Positions 57,559-64,000 of a DNA stretch of 64,000 nucleotides are shown here, one piece after another. The number at the start of each line of letters is the position of its first letter. Position 1 is the stretch's first letter. Made by a program: the position numbers and the translations under genes. This DNA comes from a virus (Duplodnaviria; Caudoviricetes): IMG/VR virus record IMGVR_UViG_3300033075_001021; one strand, given 5' to 3'. The notes under the pieces were generated by a model. It saw only the letters and a list, made by a program, of their open reading frames with translations. It was not told the origin of the DNA and ran no database searches.

Positions 57559-59559
57559 TTATTTTATTTTTTCTAATTGACCCGTATCAATATCCACTAA
57601 ACACGCACCCCCACTACATGCTAACTCACCAGTTAAATTAGTCATATCAGTCATTTCTATAACTTTCGTTAAGTCAATATCACTAATTGTTTCCATCATT
57701 TCTTCATAAGTTTTTTTCGTACAATCGGTAAAGGGGGCTTGGATATAAGACCCACCGTCATATGGTAATACTGAAATACCATTAAACTTCTCTCTATTAT
57801 CCCACATCCATTTTCCAACCATTGGCCATTCATTTATCTTGTAAATAACGTTACCATCTTCATCTCTTCTTTCTTCCATTACTGGATTATTGTATGAGTC
57901 GAAGACAATTGCACCGTTTTCATCCAATTTAGATATCTTTTCAGCCTCTTTCTTGATGGAAACGGTAACTGAAACGTTGTGTGTATTTTGACCATCTCTG
58001 TGGCCACCTCTAACCCATTCTTTATTAAATTTACCAACTCTTTCCAATAAATTCATTGGAGATTCAAATCTAAAGATTGAACCTTCTGGGGCTTTAACAG
58101 GTAATGAAATAACCGCTTGGTCTTTTGGTCTGAAATATTCGTCCTCGATAAGTTCTGGGTGATAAATTGAAAGATATGTATAAATTGACTCATTCTTTCC
58201 GACACGAATACGACGAATATAATAATCGTTATGCCAAGCGTGAATACCAGATGCTGTTCCCAATACCAATGAGCTGGTACCTGAAGGTTTAACCGTTGTG
58301 CATCTAGCCGCTTTATTAATACCAATAAGTTTTGCAACCCTAGCATTTTCATCTTTAACAACCTTGGCCGCTGATTCAAGATTATATTTAAGAATTTCAC
58401 CTGAACCAATACCTGTCATACCAACACCAATAAGTGCATCTTTTTCAGTTGTACGCTTCCAAACATCACGAAGATAATGGAAGTTGGTATAACCAGCTTG
58501 TAATGTTCCTATTAATGTAGCCGCTTTTGTTCTAGCTTCAAGGTCTTCTTGTGATTCAATATCGCTAACATTTACCTCACAAAGATTACAGAATTGGTAA
58601 GGTCTTAATCCAATCTCACAACATGGATTGGTACCCCAATCTTTGTCGTTTGAAAAATAAACACCTGGTTCACCAGCATTACTATCTTCAATTTTTTTCC
58701 AAAGCTGGAAAAATTTATCTTCAGTAATTTTATGTCTAAGAATTACAGCAGAGTTATTTGCTCTACCTCTTTGTGGGTTTAACTCCCACCAAGCACCTGT
58801 TTTGGCACTGAGCATTTCTTCATCATCCAATGAAAAAAGAGAAATCAAAGCTGCCCTACGAATACCACCAGTTAATACCGCATCAGCAATAAAACAAATA
58901 ATATCATGGCACTCAATTGGTTCCAATTTTGAACCATCTTCTTTTGTGTCTAGTATTTTTTTAATATTATGAATACAGTCTTTAAGTGGTTGTGGGCCTG
59001 GGGCCTTACCACCACTAGTTACCAACAATGCACCTTTTGGTCTAATATCTGAATAGTCAAATTCTGGTGTTGACATACCCTCAAAATATGACCTCATTAA
59101 GGTTTTAATTGCGTCAGCCCACCCCTCAATTGAGTCACCAATTAAATAACGTCTGCTTCTTGTTGGGTTTGGTTTTCGAATTTCTGGTAACTCTTCAACA
59201 TGATGTTTTTGTACTGAAAACCCTACACCAGTTCCACCCAAAAGGAGAAACATAACCTCACTAAATGCTCTCCAATCATCAATTGGTAAGTAAGCACAGT
59301 TGTAGATTCTATTAGGTGATATTTCGATAGGTTTTCCACCAAATTGTAATGACCTCATTGAGGGCAATACTTTTTTATCGTATACATATTTATAAGCCTC
59401 TTCTATTTCATCAGCAATATGCGGGTATTTCTTCTGGTGCATTACTTTATTTCTTGTTACCAGCTCTTCCCATGTTTCTCTTCGTTTTAATTCGGGTATA
59501 TACTTCGCATATTTCATATGCACGGTAATGTCCGATAAAATTTTAGTAGATAAATCCAT
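57559..59559 (-). CDS. nrdJ: Class II (adenosylcobalamin) ribonucleotide reductase, monomeric RTPR type
   Basis: RRETWEE, LPSMRSL, NCAY, GTNPCCEI, CNLCE, TTVKPSGT, C-terminal CSGGAC. Confidence 0.9.
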   Translation of the reverse strand: MDLSTKILSDITVHMKYAKYIPELKRRETWEELVTRNKVMHQKKYPHIADEIEEAYKYVYDKKVLPSMRSLQFGGKPIEISPNRIYNCAYLPIDDWRAFSEVMFLLLGGTGVGFSVQKHHVEELPEIRKPNPTRSRRYLIGDSIEGWADAIKTLMRSYFEGMSTPEFDYSDIRPKGALLVTSGGKAPGPQPLKDCIHNIKKILDTKEDGSKLEPIECHDIICFIADAVLTGGIRRAALISLFSLDDEEMLSAKTGAWWELNPQRGRANNSAVILRHKITEDKFFQLWKKIEDSNAGEPGVYFSNDKDWGTNPCCEIGLRPYQFCNLCEVNVSDIESQEDLEARTKAATLIGTLQAGYTNFHYLRDVWKRTTEKDALIGVGMTGIGSGEILKYNLESAAKVVKDENARVAKLIGINKAARCTTVKPSGTSSLVLGTASGIHAWHNDYYIRRIRVGKNESIYTYLSIYHPELIEDEYFRPKDQAVISLPVKAPEGSIFRFESPMNLLERVGKFNKEWVRGGHRDGQNTHNVSVTVSIKKEAEKISKLDENGAIVFDSYNNPVMEERRDEDGNVIYKINEWPMVGKWMWDNREKFNGISVLPYDGGSYIQAPFTDCTKKTYEEMMETISDIDLTKVIEMTDMTNLTGELACSGGACLVDIDTGQLEKIK

Positions 59560-59587
59560 TTTTATTATTCTTTTTTTGTTTTAGTTA

Positions 59588-61021
59588 TTAATCATTTACA
59601 ACATCTGGTTCATTTTCGTTACCAGTGTCTAACACCCTTTTTCTTTGTTGGATAGATGTTAACACATGGGCTACTCGTTTAACATCATCCCTTTCTTTGT
59701 CTTTCTTGTATTCACTCTGGGTTCTTGCTACTATATTTTCGGACATATCAATTTGAATTCTTGCGTTGTCAAATCTAATATCTTGCAATACGATACCATC
59801 TTTACCAAATCTTGATTTAAGAATCGCCATATTGGCTGTTCCGTTTTCTTTTTGGTCGAGAGATTTCGCAATTGATACAACGAAGTGTCCAATCTGTCCC
59901 TTTTTAATAGACCCACCCATTTGGTCTGATTCTACAACCTCAGCTTTGATTGAACTTCTGTTACCTTGAACAGCAGTCCAGCCAGCGATGTCAAATTCAG
60001 CCAATAGGGTTTCATATTGTCTCATTACATTTCCTTCACCAGCGTAAACGTCATCAAATTTCTTAGATGGTTGTACGCAATCAATGTAATCAAGCAAAAC
60101 GACGTCTGGTCTAAAACCCTGTGCAATCAACTTTCTTATGTACTGCTTAATCATAGGAATAGTTGTACCATCACTAGGAAACTTCTTTAATTTAAGTTGT
60201 CCCTTTCCATTTTTCTTTGTTTCAACAAGTTCCTTTAATTCGTCCTTATGTAAGGATAAGCTATTTAGGTCATAACCAGACCAACAAGCCAAGTGTTTTC
60301 TTTGGATAACTTTTACGTTGTCTTCGAAGAAGATTTGAAGTACGTTATACCCTAGATTTACAGCAGTGTTTGCAATTTTTGTTATCATTGTTGTTTTACC
60401 AACGCCGAATGGTGCCAATATAATGGCCAGTTCACTTTTGGATAACCCGCCATCCATGATTTCATCCAAACCCTTGATTCCTGTTGGAATTGGTTTTCTG
60501 AAATCGTCTGCAAGGACGGCATCAATGTTATCCAATACATTAACACCGTTATCTTTGTATTCGCCATGTTCAAGAGCCTTTTTAAGGATAACTTCACACT
60601 CATCATATCTATCGATATCACCTCTATCAATGATGGTTTGAATTTCTTTAATCGACTTCTTGAGTTCTTGTTGTTTACAAAAACGTAGCGCCTTTTCTTG
60701 TACTGAAAGGCTATCATTAAGGTTTGCTTCCTTAATAAGTTTTAACTGTGCTAACGTATATCGTTTATCAAAGTCATCCTTCACCCCATCTAACATCCTG
60801 AACTCCAAGCTTCCCATATCTGGGATTACATTGTGTTCTTGGTATGCTTCCTTAATAGTTGAGACCATTAGCTTAAGTGCTTGGTCCTCAAAATAGTTAG
60901 GGTCTATTATATCTACAATTGACTCCGCAAAGCGGTTGTCAACAAGTAGTTGTGCTACTAATCTAAGCTGAAAATCCCCGCCTAGATAACCAAAATTATC
61001 TCTGTTGATTTTAGATGACAT
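59588..61021 (-). CDS. Replicative DnaB/gp41-like helicase
   Basis: PIPTGI..LD..MDGGL, APFGVGKT, LLDYID, WTAVQGNR, KSRFG. Confidence 0.9.
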   Translation of the reverse strand: MSSKINRDNFGYLGGDFQLRLVAQLLVDNRFAESIVDIIDPNYFEDQALKLMVSTIKEAYQEHNVIPDMGSLEFRMLDGVKDDFDKRYTLAQLKLIKEANLNDSLSVQEKALRFCKQQELKKSIKEIQTIIDRGDIDRYDECEVILKKALEHGEYKDNGVNVLDNIDAVLADDFRKPIPTGIKGLDEIMDGGLSKSELAIILAPFGVGKTTMITKIANTAVNLGYNVLQIFFEDNVKVIQRKHLACWSGYDLNSLSLHKDELKELVETKKNGKGQLKLKKFPSDGTTIPMIKQYIRKLIAQGFRPDVVLLDYIDCVQPSKKFDDVYAGEGNVMRQYETLLAEFDIAGWTAVQGNRSSIKAEVVESDQMGGSIKKGQIGHFVVSIAKSLDQKENGTANMAILKSRFGKDGIVLQDIRFDNARIQIDMSENIVARTQSEYKKDKERDDVKRVAHVLTSIQQRKRVLDTGNENEPDVVND

Positions 61022-61059
61022 TAAATTCTTTTTTTTAACTCTGATTCTAATAAATATCC

Positions 61060-61569
61060 TTAAAGAGCCACATCAACATATTTTGTTGTATATTTTTTTT
61101 GGCTTAATACGTTCTTTATTTCGGATATTATAGAAGGTATTATTTCTTTGATATCTACTTGATATCTGACTTGTGGTGGAAAGAAATTACCTGAAAACGT
61201 ACTTTGTGCTACTGTCATTTTGTCAACTTTAATTTCAAAATCAAACATGTCTTCTTTTTCAAAGTTGTTTTTAACCGTAGCATCATTTTTTGGGTAATAA
61301 GGGTTATAATTCTTCCACAGATAATCTACTGCTTTAGCCTTAAGGTGCGCTGGTATCATACCCATGCTGCCAAATTGGCCATTATTCATCCCAACTAGAT
61401 TATCCATTAACTGTTTTAAGTCCAATGAATTTAAAGATTTTTCGTTGTAGTCTTTGATGCTGAAATATCTTTGACAAATAATGTGTCCGTTAATGTATAG
61501 TACAAATTCAAATCTTTGTTCTTCAATTTTCTTGTTCATATAGGTTGGTTTTTTCAGTGTTTTGTTCAC
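61060..61569 (-). CDS. Hypothetical protein
   Basis: ORF track; the start is probably MNKKIEEQ. Confidence 0.65.
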   Translation of the reverse strand: MNKTLKKPTYMNKKIEEQRFEFVLYINGHIICQRYFSIKDYNEKSLNSLDLKQLMDNLVGMNNGQFGSMGMIPAHLKAKAVDYLWKNYNPYYPKNDATVKNNFEKEDMFDFEIKVDKMTVAQSTFSGNFFPPQVRYQVDIKEIIPSIISEIKNVLSQKKYTTKYVDVAL

Positions 61570-62599
61570 GTTCTATTAATCTTTTGAACGGAATCAGGTA
61601 CTCTGTGGACCTTTCTTTGCCAATACTTCTCTCAAGGCCGTCAATTTTCATTAATGAGAGAACGTTTTTAATTCCACGATTGGCTGGGTCAAATCGGCCA
61701 TAAATTAGTGTATCTAAATCTTCGATAGCGCTTTCCGTCATCAACGGATTTTTTAAATCAACCAATGCTGTGTTGATTTCATAAAGTTTTTCGCCTTGTA
61801 TACCATCTGTAACACTGTCAATTATGTTTTGCAGAGTTTTTAATGGAGCTTTCTTTTGTTCAATTCTTTGTTTTTGTAGTTCTTTGGCTTTTTCAATAAG
61901 CTCGTTTAGTGTTACCCTCCTTTCTTTTAATTCTGGAAATAAACCAATTAGTGTCGTTTCTTTTACACCCTTAACTCCTTTTATTGAGTCTGAATTATCA
62001 CCAGTGATGATTTTTATTAGTCCAGCGTTGCTATAATGGTGCTGGAAGTAGTTAGTATAATTTTCAGTATCGACGTATGTTTTTAAGTCACAAAAGTATA
62101 TGCGAATACCTTCAGAGATTAGTTGACACATATCTCTGTCAGTTGTACAAATTGTTATTTGTTCATTTTCCTTCTTATTTAAGCAATAATAAGCAATGAA
62201 ATCATCACTTTCAACAACCTCATGTTGAAGTTGTCGGATGAATAGCTCTTCTAGATAATTCCAAATCATTTTCTTCTGAAGAATCTCAGAAGGTTCTACT
62301 GGTTGCGTACCGTTCTCATAGTCTTTACCACGTCCGCTTTTGTAGTCTTTGTATATTTGATATCGCAGTTTTCCGCTAAACTTACCATCCCAAAAAACAT
62401 AAACCCTATGATAAAGGTTTTCATTTAAAAGTTTTCTTAATACGGTAAGAAATTGATACACACCACCGATATGTTCACCTCGGTGATTATATTCACCCTT
62501 GGCCCCGAAAAACCCTATTTTAAATAAGGCATTCCCGTCGACCAAGAGTGTATTTATAATTTGTTTTCGTTCACCAGTTTTTGGCGGTCTTTTGTTCAA
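61523..62599 (-). CDS. 5'-3' exonuclease / flap endonuclease (Pol I N-terminal, T4 RNase H-like)
   Basis: LLVDGN, VFWDG, YKSGR, ESDDFIA, TDRDM.QL, GDNSDSIKGVKGV. Confidence 0.9.
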   Translation of the reverse strand: MNKRPPKTGERKQIINTLLVDGNALFKIGFFGAKGEYNHRGEHIGGVYQFLTVLRKLLNENLYHRVYVFWDGKFSGKLRYQIYKDYKSGRGKDYENGTQPVEPSEILQKKMIWNYLEELFIRQLQHEVVESDDFIAYYCLNKKENEQITICTTDRDMCQLISEGIRIYFCDLKTYVDTENYTNYFQHHYSNAGLIKIITGDNSDSIKGVKGVKETTLIGLFPELKERRVTLNELIEKAKELQKQRIEQKKAPLKTLQNIIDSVTDGIQGEKLYEINTALVDLKNPLMTESAIEDLDTLIYGRFDPANRGIKNVLSLMKIDGLERSIGKERSTEYLIPFKRLIEREQNTEKTNLYEQEN

Positions 62600-62632
62600 T
62601 GTTATTCATTTAAAAACGTTAAAAACAATTGT

Positions 62633-63766
62633 TTACGACATGCTGTCCTCTACTGATAATGACGTAACTTCTTCTGTCGTAACATTAATGTCAGCATCAT
62701 TATCAAAATCAATATTTGTGTACGTTTTTGTCAATTGTTCAAGAATATATGGTTTGTATTTTTTCTTATACTCATCAATCTTGTCTGGGTTCCAATAACC
62801 ATGTGAGGTTGACATAATCTTACCCATCTGCTCAATACCAGTAACTTGGTTCTTTTCGCATCTAACATCAGCTGCTACACCAAATTGATACTTGTACTTA
62901 ACACCTTTATCGGTTACTTCGGCGTTCATCTTTTTAGTACCATGTGTTAAAATACCACCAAAGTGTAAGATTATTCTAGCCCCAAAGAAAAAGGCTTCAC
63001 CACCCTTGTGTTTGATTACAACGTTCATGTTGTCAAACCAGATTTTTTGAACAGCAAAGAATGTGTTTGTATATGGGCAATCTTCTCTTTGTGTGTCTGG
63101 TATTCTAAAATTAAGAATTGATTTGAAACTAGACTCTAATGCGCCAGCGTTCCACATATTATTCTTGCTCTTAGACTTAACACTTCTGAAACAATCTAAT
63201 GAACCGATTGAATCCCAGAAGAACGCAACACTACGGTCAAGATTACCAGCTTCTTGGTCATCCATAATTTCATCCATAAAACGTGCTATATCTTCAATTA
63301 CAGGTTGATTTCTAACTGGCTCGGACTTTGATTTTGCTTCATCATAATCCCAATGACTATACATATCTAACAACATTCTGTTGCTAACATAAATAAAGTC
63401 ACCTTCGTAACTAATTTCGCCAGTTTCTTTATCAACAACTTCATTAAATTGCATTCCAATGTTTCTAGCATGTTCCCATTGGAAGTTGTTTTCGGTATCA
63501 AAAATTACTGGTAAGTCTCCAATCTTTTGTGCACCAACAATGGCTTCATATATACCAGTTGATTTACCTGTATTTGAATACCCTCTTGTGAGGGATGTAT
63601 ATCCACGTGGAACACCTGGTATTCCTAACGCTTCTTGGAATGCTTCTGAAAGCGGTATCCAAGATAATTCTTTATTCTTAATTTTTCTTGTAAGGCCCTT
63701 TGATTCTTTATATTTTTGTATATCAAATGTCTTCTTCTCTAAAATTTTTTTTGGTTTTGTAGGCAT
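62633..63766 (-). CDS. RecA/UvsX-like recombinase
   Basis: GIPGVPRG, GYSNTGKST, FDTE, WDSIGS, KGGEA, CEKNQV. Confidence 0.8.
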   Translation of the reverse strand: MPTKPKKILEKKTFDIQKYKESKGLTRKIKNKELSWIPLSEAFQEALGIPGVPRGYTSLTRGYSNTGKSTGIYEAIVGAQKIGDLPVIFDTENNFQWEHARNIGMQFNEVVDKETGEISYEGDFIYVSNRMLLDMYSHWDYDEAKSKSEPVRNQPVIEDIARFMDEIMDDQEAGNLDRSVAFFWDSIGSLDCFRSVKSKSKNNMWNAGALESSFKSILNFRIPDTQREDCPYTNTFFAVQKIWFDNMNVVIKHKGGEAFFFGARIILHFGGILTHGTKKMNAEVTDKGVKYKYQFGVAADVRCEKNQVTGIEQMGKIMSTSHGYWNPDKIDEYKKKYKPYILEQLTKTYTNIDFDNDADINVTTEEVTSLSVEDSMS

Positions 63767-63805
63767 AAAATTCCTTTAACATAGGATGTTATTAGGTATA
63801 ATAGA

Positions 63806-63831
63806 ATATGGGCAGCTTGCACTGCCCATAT
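63806..63831. terminator. Stem-loop between the SSB-like and recA-like genes
   Basis: ATATGGGCAG-CTTGCA-CTGCCCATAT. Confidence 0.5.
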
Positions 63832-63844
63832 CTATAAGGGCTTA

Positions 63845-64000
63845 TTAGAATGGAAGGTCATCTTCCGCATCATCATCAGCAGCAACTGGTGCTGTCTGAG
63901 GTGCGGCATTAGATGCTGTAACACCCGCCTTTACGTTTTGTACGCCAAGTGTTAACTCTTCGTCTAAGTTATCGCTTTCTTCGTTTTCAGTTAAAGAAGC
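63845..64000 (-). CDS. 3' end of a probable single-stranded DNA-binding protein
   Basis: Open frame from the right edge ending ...AADDDAEDDLPF*, an SSB-type acidic tail, upstream of the recA-like gene. Confidence 0.7.
   Translation of the reverse strand, partial: ASLTENEESDNLDEELTLGVQNVKAGVTASNAAPQTAPVAADDDAEDDLPF

Noticed and set aside
57559-63766. Inteins or group I introns in nrdJ, the helicase or the recA-like gene
   Set aside because: The ORFs are continuous and of normal size, with no C...HN-C/S/T intein termini recognised.
1-64000. Genome-wide stop-codon reassignment (code 15 or code 4)
   Set aside because: Long structural and replication ORFs are uninterrupted under code 11 and tile densely. 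TGA ends many genes in ATGA overlaps and TAG ends at least three. Internal stops were found only in the RF and Pth2-like genes. Regional recoding outside this window cannot be excluded.

Overview
Low-GC window from a large, T4-like/jumbo tailed phage, with almost all genes on the minus strand. A Bacteroidota host is inferred from many TAnnTTTG (-7) promoter boxes and from the Bacteroidota-type sigma70, Hc1 protein, TonB receptor and SprB-like repeats. Reading right to left (the direction of transcription): (1) replication/recombination genes: SSB tail, RecA/UvsX-like, 5'-3' exonuclease, replicative helicase, class II RNR; (2) baseplate/tail block, about 33.3-56.8 kb; (3) RuvC-like resolvase, primase, PD-(D/E)xK nuclease, SbcD/SbcC and sigma70; (4) possible lysis and internal-head genes; (5) an accessory translation/RNA quality-control island with a DUF2828 TROVE/vWA protein, DnaJ, ClpP, tmRNA and tRNAs; (6) a TonB receptor-PnuC-NadR operon. 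The strongest signal is at 4.5-6.6 kb and is missed by the ORF track. It contains an RF1-like release factor gene with two in-frame TGA codons, an amber (CUA) suppressor tRNA, a Pth2-family gene with an in-frame TAG at codon 4, and a Met-Lys-amber minigene. The rest of the window uses TAG and TGA as normal stops, so this looks like a stop-codon-readthrough-gated translation module rather than genome-wide recoding. A second signal is a family of four structured RNA-like elements (AAGG-stem-UWCNGCAA core), one of which lies directly behind the TROVE-like gene. All product calls come from motif recognition by eye; no database search was run.
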